The notes: generated by a model from the letters alone, not told the origin. A DNA stretch of 64,000 nt from Acaryochloridaceae cyanobacterium VAR_48_metabat_390 (GCA_031422435.1 JANPLU010000101.1:20562-84561); one strand, 5' to 3'. Numbered from the stretch's first letter, positions 11,686 through 22,419 are shown. Translations and numbers: made by a program.

Positions 11686-12570
11686 TTGCCTAAACCTGCG
11701 GATATTGGCGGTAAACGACTTATTAGTCTGGCACCGGAGACTTGGGTACGGTGGGTGACGCAATCTTCTGATGTGATGGTACTCGATATTCTTAATTCTG
11801 AGTTTCAATGGGTTTCTCGTCAGAATGATGTGCTGATTAAGGTTTATAGCCCAGAGGTGGGGGAGTTTCTGATTCTAAATGAGCTTCAGTTACGGTATTC
11901 ATTGAAGATGCCTCTTAGAATGAGAGCCTATACTGCACTGGCAGAAGAAAAGTATAAGCTACCGATTTTGCCTGTGCTGATTAATGTTTTGCCGCCTGGG
12001 TCTTTGGTGACGATTAATGACCGATATGAAAGTAATTATTTTGGGCTAAAGGCGCGCCAAGATTATAAGGTTATCAATTTATGGGAGGTTGATGTACAAA
12101 CGGTCTTTGAGCAGAATATAAGTGCGCTGCTGCCTTTGGTTCCGGTGCTTGACGGGGGTGATGACGTTGCAACGGTGGAGCGTGCGCTGCATTTGTTGCA
12201 GACGGATGATGAGTTATCTGAGATGGAACCTTTGTTAGGTTTTTTTGCTAGTTTTGTGTTAGACGCAGGTTTAATTAATCAAATTTTGAGGTGGGATATG
12301 GCTGTTTTGCGTGAGTCGCCTTGGCTAAATCAGATGCTTCTAGAAAGTGAGGCGAAAGGGGAGGCGAAAGGGGAGGCGAAAGGGAAACTAGAAGAGGGGC
12401 AGTCGTTGGTGCTGCGGCAGCTTGCACGACGGGTTGGGGTGGTTGGTGCTGAGTTGGAGGCGAGGGTGAGGGCGTTGGCGTTGGCGGATGTTGAGGCGCT
12501 GGGGGAGGCGTTGCTGGATTTTACTGGACTTGAGGATTTGATAGATTGGTTACGTGCACATGAAGGGTGA
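11686..12570 (+). CDS. Rpn/YhgA-like nuclease with DUF4351
   Basis: KPADIGGKRL, NDVL, NELQ, GEAK repeats, LGEALLDF. Confidence 0.85.
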   Translation: MPKPADIGGKRLISLAPETWVRWVTQSSDVMVLDILNSEFQWVSRQNDVLIKVYSPEVGEFLILNELQLRYSLKMPLRMRAYTALAEEKYKLPILPVLINVLPPGSLVTINDRYESNYFGLKARQDYKVINLWEVDVQTVFEQNISALLPLVPVLDGGDDVATVERALHLLQTDDELSEMEPLLGFFASFVLDAGLINQILRWDMAVLRESPWLNQMLLESEAKGEAKGEAKGKLEEGQSLVLRQLARRVGVVGAELEARVRALALADVEALGEALLDFTGLEDLIDWLRAHEG

Positions 12571-12603
12571 AAATGATTTAACTTTTAGGTTGTGTAAAAT
12601 GTT

Positions 12604-12750
12604 ATGAAACTGTTGACTCTTGAGTTATTAGAATTAAATAATAAAAAGACTGGTTTCTGCGATGAAGCTAGAACAGGCTATTTTTCTCGGTTCCTATGCT
12701 TATGGTGAGCCTACTGACGAGAGCGATATTGACTTATTGGTCATTTTTTG
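12604..12750 (+). pseudogene. Minimal nucleotidyltransferase (MNT antitoxin-like) fragment
   Basis: Manual translation ...FLGSYAYGEPTDESDIDLLVIF* (GS...DxD); frameshifted relative to ATG at 12604 and truncated. Confidence 0.65.
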
Positions 12751-13003
12751 AATAAAGAAGAAAAAACTGCTTGAAAAAATCTTGTCAGGTTCAAAGAAGA
12801 TTCAATTTGATGAGATGGTTTCATTGGTAGAGGCTTTTGGATTCAAATTGAATCGTGTTAGTGGTAGCCATCATATCTTCAAACATCCAAAGGTTGCTGA
12901 TATTGTCAACCTCCAAAACCGCAAGGGCAAGGCTTAGCCTTATCAAATACGTCAATTTTTGACTATAGTCGAAGAGAACAGTCTTACGTTAGAGGAAGGG
13001 TGA
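12748..13003 (+). pseudogene. hicA: HicA toxin with in-frame stop
   Basis: KLLEKILSGSKKIQFDEMV...VSGSHHIFKHP...KGKA*PYQIRQFL; TAG at 12935-12937. Confidence 0.8.
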
Positions 13004-13224
13004 TGAGAGACTATCACATTAATATTTTCTATAGCGAGGAAGATGAAGCATACATTGCTGATATCCCCGATTTAAAGTATTGTTCTGCTGTTGGTGATAC
13101 CCTACAGGAGGCACTTAAAGAAATAATAATAGCAAAACAGGCATGGCTAGAAACGAGCAAACTTGAAGGAAGAACCACTCCAGTCCCTAGGTATAGACCA
13201 GTGATTTATCAGACTGTTGCATGA
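13000..13224 (+). CDS. hicB: HicB family antitoxin
   Basis: YIADIPDLKYCSAVGDTLQEALKE; directly follows the hicA remnant. Confidence 0.85.
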   Translation: MMRDYHINIFYSEEDEAYIADIPDLKYCSAVGDTLQEALKEIIIAKQAWLETSKLEGRTTPVPRYRPVIYQTVA

Positions 13225-13336
13225 GTCTATTGCCTAATAAGACGTTGGAGCGAAATAGGGTATGACACTATGATTGGGCATGAGAGGAGATCGCTGTCTG
13301 CTCAGTGCCAAGCTTTTGGGGTGAAACAAATAGATT

Positions 13337-13588
13337 TTGAGGTGGGGTATGGCTGTTTTGCGTGAGTCGCCTTGGCTAAATCAGATGCTTCTAGAAAGTG
13401 AGGCGATGGGTGAAGTAAAAGGGGAGGCGAAAGGGAAACTAGAGGAGGAGAAGTCGCTGGTGCTTCGGCAGCTTGTGCGGCGGGTTGGGGTGGTTAGTGC
13501 TGAGTTGGAGGCAAGAGTGAAGGCGCTGGCGTTGGCGGATGTTGAGGCGTTGTTGGATCTTACTGGACGTGAGGATTTAATAGATTGA
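13337..13588 (+). pseudogene. Duplicated C-terminal (DUF4351) part of the Rpn gene at 11686
   Basis: Near-identical to about 12286-12550 (MAVLRESPWLNQMLLESEA...). Confidence 0.75.
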
Positions 13589-14092
13589 TTAAAGAATTGT
13601 GAAGGGTAAAATGTTTGATTTTTAGGTTGGCTCTTCTGGGTTTCGCTGGCATATTCAATAATACAAATTTTTTGTGGATGAACATTAAAAGTTATAGAAA
13701 TCAGACCCCATTTATGAGAAAAGCAAGCCCTAAAACCTCTGCCATTCATAAGTTGTCTTCTCACACTTCAAATCAAACTTCTATATACAGAACAATACAT
13801 TAGTCTTTCTTATCATCTTGAACTTAGAAGAGCTAAAGTTCTAAGTTTCCACTAGCACAGCTTGGCTAAAGTCTATCGATTATCTAGAATTTTTAGAGGT
13901 CAGATGTTATACTTATAGTCGCTAATCAATAGTGGAGATTTTTCCGCCAAGCTGTACTAACCTATTAAACTGCTTAATTACTTTTGTTATTCTGTACTAA
14001 GATAGGTTGATAAACAAAACTTATAATCTATCTAGCTCTGTGACTTCAAAGTTTCCTAACAGTTTTATTAGTGGGTTTCCTTAGTTTGTTAA

Positions 14093-14248
14093 CCTGCGTA
14101 CAAAGATCTGAATTACCGTGTTGTAGGTAATTTGGCTAATACCGTTCAAGTTATTGAGAGTGCGTTCTGGATTGGCTTATTTCCTGGGCTGACGGAGGAA
14201 ATGCTGACTTATGTCGTATCTGCCCTCAGATCTTTTGTCCGAGGCTAG
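14093..14248 (+). pseudogene. 3' remnant of a second, diverged rfbH
   Basis: [51 protein letters not shown] aligns with the RfbH C-terminus (..[35 protein letters not shown]..). Confidence 0.8.
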
Positions 14249-14253
14249 TTAAA

Positions 14254-15294
14254 ATGAGCGCTAATTCTTTATCAATAGACTTAGATAGTATTCTTCTTCA
14301 AACGAAAACTTTATGGGAAGAACTACGCGGACAGAATATCTTTATTACTGGAGGTACCGGGTTTATTGGCTGCTGGCTACTAGAAAGCTTTGCTTGGGCT
14401 AATGATCGATTAAACTTAGGTGCTAAAGCAACTGTACTCACTAGAAGATTAGACAGTTTTTATAAAAAAGCGCCACATTTAGCCGCTCACCCCTCAATTT
14501 CTTACTATTTAGGAGATGTTCGCTCATTTGAATTCCCTCAAGCTAAATTTTCACACATCATTCATGCAGCGACAGAGGTTAATAATTATGCGAATAATAG
14601 CGATCCGCTGTCTCAGCTAGATGTTATTACACAAGGGACACGGCATACTTTAGATTTTGCAGTGGCTTGTGGGGCAAGTAAGTTTTTGTTAACAAGTTCT
14701 GGCGCTGTCTATGGGAAAGCGATTGCTGAAGTAACTCACATTAATGAGACGTATCTGAGTGCACCTGAGACGTCGAATGTTCGCTCTGTATACGGTGAAG
14801 GGAAGCGTCTGTCAGAATTGCTTTGCACCATCTATGCAAAGCAATATGGGTTAAAGACAAAAATTGCCCGCTGTTTTTCTTTTGTGGGAGCTTATTTACC
14901 GTTAGACAGTCATTTAGCCATCAGCAGTTTTTGTCGAGATCGCTTAAAAAATCAGCCCATACAGGTTCAAAATGATAGTAGCACTTATAGATCTTACTTA
15001 TATGCCGGAGATTTAACCGCTTGGCTGTGGACAATTTTGTTTAAAGGAGATTCTTGCTACCCATACAATGTTGGCTCAGAAGAAGAGACAACAATTTTGA
15101 ATTTGGCAAATTTGATTGCACAGTTAGAAAATCCCATTCTTCCGATTGAGGTGGCTAATGTTGGAGAGTCGAGCAAGATTGATTGCTATGTCCCTTCAAC
15201 ACAAAGAGTAAGAGAAGCATTAGGTTTACAGCAGATGGTTAGCTTAGATGAAGCCTTAAAAAAGTCTCTAAGTTGGTATACGAAATCATACTAA
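14254..15294 (+). CDS. NAD-dependent epimerase/dehydratase (SDR)
   Basis: TGGTGFIG, TSSGAVYG, YGEGK. Confidence 0.88.
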   Translation: MSANSLSIDLDSILLQTKTLWEELRGQNIFITGGTGFIGCWLLESFAWANDRLNLGAKATVLTRRLDSFYKKAPHLAAHPSISYYLGDVRSFEFPQAKFSHIIHAATEVNNYANNSDPLSQLDVITQGTRHTLDFAVACGASKFLLTSSGAVYGKAIAEVTHINETYLSAPETSNVRSVYGEGKRLSELLCTIYAKQYGLKTKIARCFSFVGAYLPLDSHLAISSFCRDRLKNQPIQVQNDSSTYRSYLYAGDLTAWLWTILFKGDSCYPYNVGSEEETTILNLANLIAQLENPILPIEVANVGESSKIDCYVPSTQRVREALGLQQMVSLDEALKKSLSWYTKSY

Positions 15295-15301
15295 GTAAGT
15301 T

Positions 15302-16123
15302 ATGCAAGAATTTAAACCAGTACAGCTTCGTCAAACCATCTTAAAAATGGCTTATGCAGGTTCGACTGTTCACATTGCGTGTGCATTTTCTCTCGTTGAA
15401 ATTCTTTCTGTGCTCTACAGGTCACATCTAAATCTTGGGAACAAAACGCCTGATGCAGATGATCGTGACTATTTAGTGTTGAGTAAAGGGCATGGAGTAA
15501 TGGCGCAGTATGCCTGTATGCGTGAGCTAGACTGGCTCACGGATAATGACCTGCAAAGTTATTTCGGTGATGGCACGATTCTTAAAGGCTTAGCCGATAC
15601 TCACGTTCCTGGGCTTGATGTTACCTCTGGTTCCTTAGGTCATGGCTTATCTGTAGGGGTAGGTTTGGCGTTAGCGGCTAAACGTAAGCAAACGGGTCAG
15701 AAGTGTTTTGCCATTGTAGGGGATGGTGAAATTAATGAAGGTACGATCTGGGAAGCTTTGCTTTTTGCTACTCATTTTGAACTATCGAATTTGATGGTTA
15801 TTGTGGATGAAAATGGCTATCAGGCTATGGGTTCGACGCAAGAAGTGATGCAGCTAGGGAGCATTGCCGATAAATTTCGAGCCTTTGGCTTTGAAACACG
15901 GGAGGTTGATGGACATGATGAAGCTTCCTTAGACGGCACAATTGATGAATTAGTGCGTCTCAACTCAAAGGCTCCTAGGGCAATTGTGGCTCATACTGTC
16001 AAGGGTAAAGGCATATCATTTATGGAAGATGATAATCGCTGGCACTATACTCGCCTTAATTCTGATACATACGCAGCGGCGTTAGCGGAACTAGAAACCA
16101 AACAGCATTCATCAACATTATGA
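15302..16123 (+). CDS. Transketolase-like, N-terminal ThDP-binding subunit
   Basis: LSKGHG, GSLGHGL, GDGEINEG...N, HTVKGKG. Confidence 0.9.
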   Translation: MQEFKPVQLRQTILKMAYAGSTVHIACAFSLVEILSVLYRSHLNLGNKTPDADDRDYLVLSKGHGVMAQYACMRELDWLTDNDLQSYFGDGTILKGLADTHVPGLDVTSGSLGHGLSVGVGLALAAKRKQTGQKCFAIVGDGEINEGTIWEALLFATHFELSNLMVIVDENGYQAMGSTQEVMQLGSIADKFRAFGFETREVDGHDEASLDGTIDELVRLNSKAPRAIVAHTVKGKGISFMEDDNRWHYTRLNSDTYAAALAELETKQHSSTL

Positions 16124-17034
16124 GAAACGCGTTTGCAACGGCTTTGGTTGAGGCGGCTCAAGTTGACCCAAGGATCGTTTTACTGACGGGCGATCATGGC
16201 TATGCATTGTTTGATGAATTTCGTAAAGTCTGTCCAGATCAGTATATTAATGCTGGAGTTGCCGAACAAAATATGGTGGGTGTAGCAGCAGGTATGGCAA
16301 AGGGAGGCTTTAAACCGTTTGTTTATGGACTGAGCGCTTTTGTGCCGATCCGTGTGTTGGAGCAAATAAAGCTAGATGTTTGCTATGAAGGGTTGCCCGT
16401 TGTGTTTATTGGTGATGGGGCAGGGGTTGTGTACAGCAGCTTAGGTTCCAGTCACCAAAGTACAGAAGATATTGCTGCCTTGAGAGCTTTGCCTAACATT
16501 GTGATTCTTTCACCTGCGGATGCTTATGAGATGCAGGTTTGTATGCAGATGGCATTGGAAGGAAGCCAGCCAGTATATCTGCGGATGGGTAAAGCCGATG
16601 TAGGCGATATATATGAAGCAGCTCCAGATTTTTCGTTAGGGAGCTTAAGCTTGCTAAAGGATGGGAGGGGAGAACTCGGCTTTATTGCAACTGGCTCAAT
16701 GGTTAATATTGCTCTAAAACTTGCTTCTGTTTGGCAAGATAGTTCTGTGTGGAGCGCTCCCTGTATCAAGCCTCTGGATCAAAACAGCATTGTATCTATA
16801 TGTCAGCAACATAAAGTAGTTATTACGCTAGAGGAACACTCAATTTATGGGGGTCTAGGGAGTGCAGTTGCTGAAATTTCATCCACACTTGCACCAACGC
16901 GTGTTCTTCGGATTGGTATTCAAGATCGGTTCTCACAGTTTTGTGGGAGCTATCAATATTTAATGGAAGAACACAAACTGAATCTAGACTCAGTGAAAGA
17001 GCAAGTCAAGAACTTTCTAACTTTACTTTCATGA
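16120..17034 (+). CDS. Transketolase-like, C-terminal subunit
   Basis: GVAEQNMVG, SHQSTED, LEEHSIYGGLGS; ATGA overlap with previous gene. Confidence 0.9.
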   Translation: MRNAFATALVEAAQVDPRIVLLTGDHGYALFDEFRKVCPDQYINAGVAEQNMVGVAAGMAKGGFKPFVYGLSAFVPIRVLEQIKLDVCYEGLPVVFIGDGAGVVYSSLGSSHQSTEDIAALRALPNIVILSPADAYEMQVCMQMALEGSQPVYLRMGKADVGDIYEAAPDFSLGSLSLLKDGRGELGFIATGSMVNIALKLASVWQDSSVWSAPCIKPLDQNSIVSICQQHKVVITLEEHSIYGGLGSAVAEISSTLAPTRVLRIGIQDRFSQFCGSYQYLMEEHKLNLDSVKEQVKNFLTLLS

Positions 17035-18416
17035 TTAAAGATAGTGTTGCAAATCAGTTGAGCAAAATCGCCAAGTTTTGCGGAGTTGATCGGGCAGTTG
17101 CTTATACGATAACTGCTAAAGGTTTTCAGGTTATCGCTGGCCCAATAACATTACTCCTCATTGCTAATTATTTATCTCCATCCGAACAAGGATTTTATTA
17201 TACTTTTGCAAGTATTGTGAATTTGCAGATCTTCTTTGAACTAGGTCTATCTTACGTTATTTTACAGTTCGCAAGTCATGAGAAAGCGGCTTTAACATGG
17301 GGAAAAGGAAAAATATTAATAGGAGATGATACTGCAAAAGACAGACTAGCATCGTTACTAAGATTATCAATTAAATGGTATGCATTGATAGCAATCTTAG
17401 CTATATTAATACTAATACCAGTTGGAATTTCTTTCTTAAGTACTAACAAATCATTGATTACAGTACCTTGGAAACTGCCTTGGATTTTAGTAGTATTTTC
17501 AACAGGAACGATGCTATTTTTAAGCCCAGTTTTATCTTTTTTAGAAGGTTGTGGATTAGTAACCGAAATAGCATCCATGAGAGTTAGTCAAACCTTATTC
17601 AGTAATCTCTTTCTTTGGTCTGCACTAGTTTTTAAAACAAGTCTTTTTGCGGCAGCAGTGCCAAGCATAGTGGGAATAATTTGGAGCATAATTTGTCTAT
17701 ATAGCAACCATCGTTTTCTACTTATAGATTTACTTAAACACAAAGAGAATAAAGATGGGATTACAAAGGTCATAAGTTGGCGACATGAAATTTTTCCATT
17801 GCAATGGAAAATTGCAGTTAGTGCATTAAGTGGATACTTTATTTTTTCATTATTTACACCTGTTTTGTTTAGATTTCATGGCCCTATAATGGCTGGTAAG
17901 ATGGGGATGAGTTTAAGCTTGACAAACGCAATCACCACATTTGCAATGTCATGGGTTTCGACCAAAATGGCACCATTTGGAAATCTAATTGCAGCGAAGA
18001 AATATTTAGAACTCAATAATCTGTTCTTTCCAGCATTAAAGAAATCAATGGTAGCATCAATTTTAAGCAGTATTATTCTCTTGTTTATCGCAATTTATCT
18101 TAAACAGACTCATCATCCTTTTGGACTAAGAATTATCGATTTACTTTCACTAACTTTACTATTAATCTCCATAAATTGTAATGTATATGTATTTGGTCTA
18201 GCAACATATCTTAGAGCACACAAAAAAGAACCTTATTTAGAATTGTCAATTTTTGTAGGAGTCTTAACAGGCATATCAACATACTTTTTAGGACGTGATT
18301 ATGGAGTTATTGGTATGTCGGTAGGATACTGCTTGGTGAATCTAACATTTAGTGTTATTGTAGGCACTTTAATTTTTAATAGCAAACGTCGCCAGTGGCA
18401 TAATGTCATGCATTAA
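17031..18416 (+). CDS. wzx: Wzx-type flippase
   Basis: About 12 hydrophobic segments, EQGFYYTF..FELG motif, polysaccharide-locus context. Confidence 0.75.
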   Translation: MIKDSVANQLSKIAKFCGVDRAVAYTITAKGFQVIAGPITLLLIANYLSPSEQGFYYTFASIVNLQIFFELGLSYVILQFASHEKAALTWGKGKILIGDDTAKDRLASLLRLSIKWYALIAILAILILIPVGISFLSTNKSLITVPWKLPWILVVFSTGTMLFLSPVLSFLEGCGLVTEIASMRVSQTLFSNLFLWSALVFKTSLFAAAVPSIVGIIWSIICLYSNHRFLLIDLLKHKENKDGITKVISWRHEIFPLQWKIAVSALSGYFIFSLFTPVLFRFHGPIMAGKMGMSLSLTNAITTFAMSWVSTKMAPFGNLIAAKKYLELNNLFFPALKKSMVASILSSIILLFIAIYLKQTHHPFGLRIIDLLSLTLLLISINCNVYVFGLATYLRAHKKEPYLELSIFVGVLTGISTYFLGRDYGVIGMSVGYCLVNLTFSVIVGTLIFNSKRRQWHNVMH

Positions 18417-18552
18417 AAATATTTAAGTTAGACGGCAATGCAAACTAAAAAATTAAGTCAAAAAACAAAATAAATTGATTACTTTTTAAAAGTGTCTTAA
18501 AGATTGGACTATTTAACAGTAGATAATAATCAGTAAATAATCTATATTATTT

Positions 18553-19530
18553 ATGCTTAAAAGTGATTCTGAAACCTTAAAAGAAATTTCAATTGTTATC
18601 CTTACAGCTAATCGACCCGATATGCTGCGCATAGCACTTGAGTCTGTATTAAGACAGACAGCGCTATCCAATGTAATAGAATTGATTGTTATAGAAAACT
18701 TAGGAAATAGACAATCAGAAAAAGTTTGTCTTGAGTTTCCTGAACTGCCAATCAAGTATTACTTTCGAAATCCTCCAATTCCGCCAGGCTATTTATCGTT
18801 TAAAGATGCGCTATCTCATACTAATTGTGAGCTTATTGCAATTTTGTTTGATGATGACTGGTGGATAGACTATCATCTTCAATATGCTATAACTGCACTT
18901 ACCGAGAATCAAGACGCCGTGGCATTTTATGCGCCTTGGATTACAACTTCAGGAAAAGACAAGTACTTCGCCAGTATTTTGGGGTCTTTCATAACATATT
19001 TTGCAGCTAGAGAGGCTCCAGTGAAAAATCTACTAACTCTTGATCTAAAAGATCTCTTAGTAGCCAGCCAGATTTCAACATCCTTCCACCTATCTACACT
19101 CGTAGCTAATCGTAATATATTAGTTAAAGCAATAGAATGTTTTTCGGATGGAAACCCTTACGATGTGGATCGGTTGATTTCGGTTGAGTTTGGAAAATAT
19201 GGCAAAGTAATATATGATCAGCGACCTCATGTAAATGTTTTAATACACGAAAGTAACGAAAGCAAACGATTAAAAAGTAATAATGAAGGAAAGAAATGGT
19301 GGATTAATTCTAATGAAAGTCTTCTCAGACTAGCTGCAAATGAGGGGATAGATATAGAATACGAACTTTCGTACAGAATGAGGGAGAAAAAAATTGATTT
19401 AGTTGAGTTAAGTAGGCATTGTTATACTGGTCAGCTTAGATACTTAATTCGAAAGAAATTATTGCGGCCTTTGACACCAATGGCACCATTACTTATTTTA
19501 ATCAAAAAGATCTATCTAAGATTAATATAA
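18553..19530 (+). CDS. GT2 family glycosyltransferase
   Basis: ISIVILTANRP...ALESVLRQT, FDDDWW. Confidence 0.75.
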   Translation: MLKSDSETLKEISIVILTANRPDMLRIALESVLRQTALSNVIELIVIENLGNRQSEKVCLEFPELPIKYYFRNPPIPPGYLSFKDALSHTNCELIAILFDDDWWIDYHLQYAITALTENQDAVAFYAPWITTSGKDKYFASILGSFITYFAAREAPVKNLLTLDLKDLLVASQISTSFHLSTLVANRNILVKAIECFSDGNPYDVDRLISVEFGKYGKVIYDQRPHVNVLIHESNESKRLKSNNEGKKWWINSNESLLRLAANEGIDIEYELSYRMREKKIDLVELSRHCYTGQLRYLIRKKLLRPLTPMAPLLILIKKIYLRLI

Positions 19531-19812
19531 AGATAAAAAATTATTTCTACAATACCTACAAAATGATCGGCGCGTAAAATCTTTTAATTCTAGAAATAGA
19601 TGAGGCAAAATTTAGTTTCTTAGTAGTTATCAATGTAAAATGTATGCGTAAAATGATTAAATTATTAAAATAAATGATTATCACACCTTATAATCGTATA
19701 AATTTGAAAAATTTGAGAGGTTAAAACAATGTTATTTCTATAATTTAAACAATTATCTCGGAGAAGTCTAAGTAAAGACTTACAAAATATTTTGCAGAAG
19801 GAGTTCTAATTC

Positions 19813-20676
19813 ATGGATTTAAAAAAGTTAGTCTCAGTTGGTATCTCAACTAAAAATAGATGCAAAGATTTGAAGACTTGCCTAGAAAAAACTTCTGAGA
19901 ATGAAGAATTGAAAGGAATACAAGTTTTTATTATTGATGATGCATCTGATAAAGAGTATCCAGCCGATATGTCATCTTTCGGTCTTAATACGACATTTAT
20001 AAGCTGTAACGAGAGCAAAGGCTATATAGTCAGGAGAAACGAGTTAGCTCAAATAATGAATACAAAATATTATTTGAGTTTTGACGATGATTCATACATA
20101 CTTGATGGTAGCCTTGTTAAGGCTATAGAATATGCAGAATCGCTAGATAATTTACTGTGCCTTACCTTTCCTGTTTATAATCCTATTCATGAGGAATATC
20201 AAATCAGCTCTTTAGAAAAAGTGCCATATCAGACTAAATCTTTTATTGGCTGCGCACATTTGTTAAATATCGAAAGATTTCATAGCCTTGGTGGTTATAT
20301 TAGCCAATTAGTTCATCAAGGCGAAGAAATATTTCTTGCTGCTAAGGGATTTAAAAATAACTTTTACTGTTATCATTACCCAGACTTATTATTTGCACAC
20401 ATGACATCAAAGACAAATAGAAATTATTCGAGAATGGCTTTTTATGGAGCGAGAAATAAGTTTTTATGGAATATGTGCTATTTGCCTAGAGAGCTATTAC
20501 TTTATAAGCAGTTTAGGGGTTTGGCAGAGAGAATACAATACTTTGCCATACATCAGGATCTCAATCATCTGAGTGGATATAGAAGTGGAATATTAGAAAG
20601 CAGCAATTTTTTTAGTCATTATGATTATTTTTCAAAACATCAATATGCTGCCTGGAATAAACTTCCTACATATTAA
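19813..20676 (+). CDS. GT2 family glycosyltransferase
   Basis: IIDDASD, SFDDDS, GEE. Confidence 0.8.
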   Translation: MDLKKLVSVGISTKNRCKDLKTCLEKTSENEELKGIQVFIIDDASDKEYPADMSSFGLNTTFISCNESKGYIVRRNELAQIMNTKYYLSFDDDSYILDGSLVKAIEYAESLDNLLCLTFPVYNPIHEEYQISSLEKVPYQTKSFIGCAHLLNIERFHSLGGYISQLVHQGEEIFLAAKGFKNNFYCYHYPDLLFAHMTSKTNRNYSRMAFYGARNKFLWNMCYLPRELLLYKQFRGLAERIQYFAIHQDLNHLSGYRSGILESSNFFSHYDYFSKHQYAAWNKLPTY

Positions 20677-20934
20677 ATCTCCTTTTTGATTAGATCTTTA
20701 GTTTTAATTTTAGGCTTATTAATGAACCTAAAATGCTTTTCTTCAAGATTATATCAGTATTTGAATTATACCTACAAATTATATTTTCAAATATCAGTAG
20801 GAAAATAACCTTTAAAACAGTTAAGTATAAATAAAAATTTAATTCGATTGATATTTAAGCAAGAATTTAATGATATTTATATAATTTAAAGTAATTCAAA
20901 TAACCCTTTTAATTACTGAATTACTACATATATT

Positions 20935-22419
20935 ATGATTTTTATCCTACTTATTCATTCGGCAATATCAGTTTTTACTTATATAATTATAACTTCTAAT
21001 AGTATAATCAATAACTCAGATCTCTTAATTTTTATTTCGCTCTCAATATTGGCTCTTCCGATATATTATCTATTATCTAGAGAGAAAAGAGATCAAACTC
21101 AAAATAAATCCATAATTAAAACAAGTATTTTCTGGTTTTTCGTGTTTTTCTTTGTTTGCTTTTATCATTTTCGTGCAATTTATTCAATTTATAATAAAGA
21201 TTATAAATTAATAGATAGTTTATATTCTGCGGGCGATCAAAACTATTTTATATTATTATCAATTTTATTTTTTACCTTATCCTTAAACTTATTTGTCTTG
21301 GTTGGGATCAATACCAAAAGACAGACATTCCTCGTTAAATATTTAGAGAAGTTATTGAGTTCAATTTTCAAACAAGCAAACTTAAATTCAGAAAATAACA
21401 ACCCTAATTTGGGTAGATTTTATGCAAGGCAGAATATAAAAATAACTTTTTGGATCCTTATGCAGGGCACCTCCTTTTCTCTGATATATCTATTATCGAA
21501 ATTAGCTGGAGGGAGACTTACGGAATTTACAGATAATGCTTATCTATATTTGTTTCCTGTTGCAACATACGGAGTTGATCTGTATGTTTTTTCCAACCTA
21601 TTTTCAATTAAAACTAAAAACAGAAGAAACAAACTAAGTATTATATGTCTTTCACTCGTTATGATAATTATGAAATCAATTATAATGAGGCAGCTCAGCT
21701 CTTTTCGATCAGTTGCTCTTTGTCTACTAATATCAATAGTCATAGGCCTAATATGTAAAAGTTTAAATAACTTATTTTTGATAATATTCTACTTATTTAT
21801 AATTCCTCTAATAACTTTCTTAGGCCAAACACGTTATGATACAGCTAATGAATTTTCAGATTCCTTTGAAAACCTTATTTCTTCAGATTTTTTCACTGAT
21901 TATTTTAAGTCTATCTTTTTATCTTTTTCTTCTAATGGCGACTATACAGCTTTTGACGTATTTGTATCCGTACTATCTCACAAGCAAGAATTCTATCCCT
22001 TTGGACTATCTTTCTTATATATACCTTTTCATTTAATTCCAAGGTTTATTTGGTCAAATAAGCCAATAGCAGGTTCATTGACTGATGACTCATTTAACTT
22101 AGCATTTCAAGCTGGTAAGTTTGTAAGCATTCCATATACACCTGGTATTGTAGGTCAATATTATTTAGAAGGAGGAATATTTTTTATGTTTATCTTAATT
22201 GCCTTAACAGCATATTTCTGTCGGTCTCTTGATTATGCATTTGAGAATGCCTTTAAAAATAACGAAGCAACTAATCCTTCATTTATTTACGGACTTTTCT
22301 TTTTTTATACTTCCCATTATATTAGGCTGATTCCATACCAATATTTTTATGGAATATTTATTATTTTGCTTGGATATTATTTCTCTAAAAAAATAGACTT
22401 TTTGAGTGCTAGTAAATAG
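20935..22419 (+). CDS. Wzy-like polysaccharide polymerase
   Basis: Very hydrophobic multi-TM protein, IPRFIWSNKP motif. Confidence 0.7.
   Translation: MIFILLIHSAISVFTYIIITSNSIINNSDLLIFISLSILALPIYYLLSREKRDQTQNKSIIKTSIFWFFVFFFVCFYHFRAIYSIYNKDYKLIDSLYSAGDQNYFILLSILFFTLSLNLFVLVGINTKRQTFLVKYLEKLLSSIFKQANLNSENNNPNLGRFYARQNIKITFWILMQGTSFSLIYLLSKLAGGRLTEFTDNAYLYLFPVATYGVDLYVFSNLFSIKTKNRRNKLSIICLSLVMIIMKSIIMRQLSSFRSVALCLLISIVIGLICKSLNNLFLIIFYLFIIPLITFLGQTRYDTANEFSDSFENLISSDFFTDYFKSIFLSFSSNGDYTAFDVFVSVLSHKQEFYPFGLSFLYIPFHLIPRFIWSNKPIAGSLTDDSFNLAFQAGKFVSIPYTPGIVGQYYLEGGIFFMFILIALTAYFCRSLDYAFENAFKNNEATNPSFIYGLFFFYTSHYIRLIPYQYFYGIFIILLGYYFSKKIDFLSASK

Noticed and set aside
12347..12385. Short tandem repeats (gaggcgaaaggg; similar ones near 1095-1135 and 30125-30170)
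   Set aside because: These are the normal coding GEAK/GRQE repeats of Rpn-family proteins.
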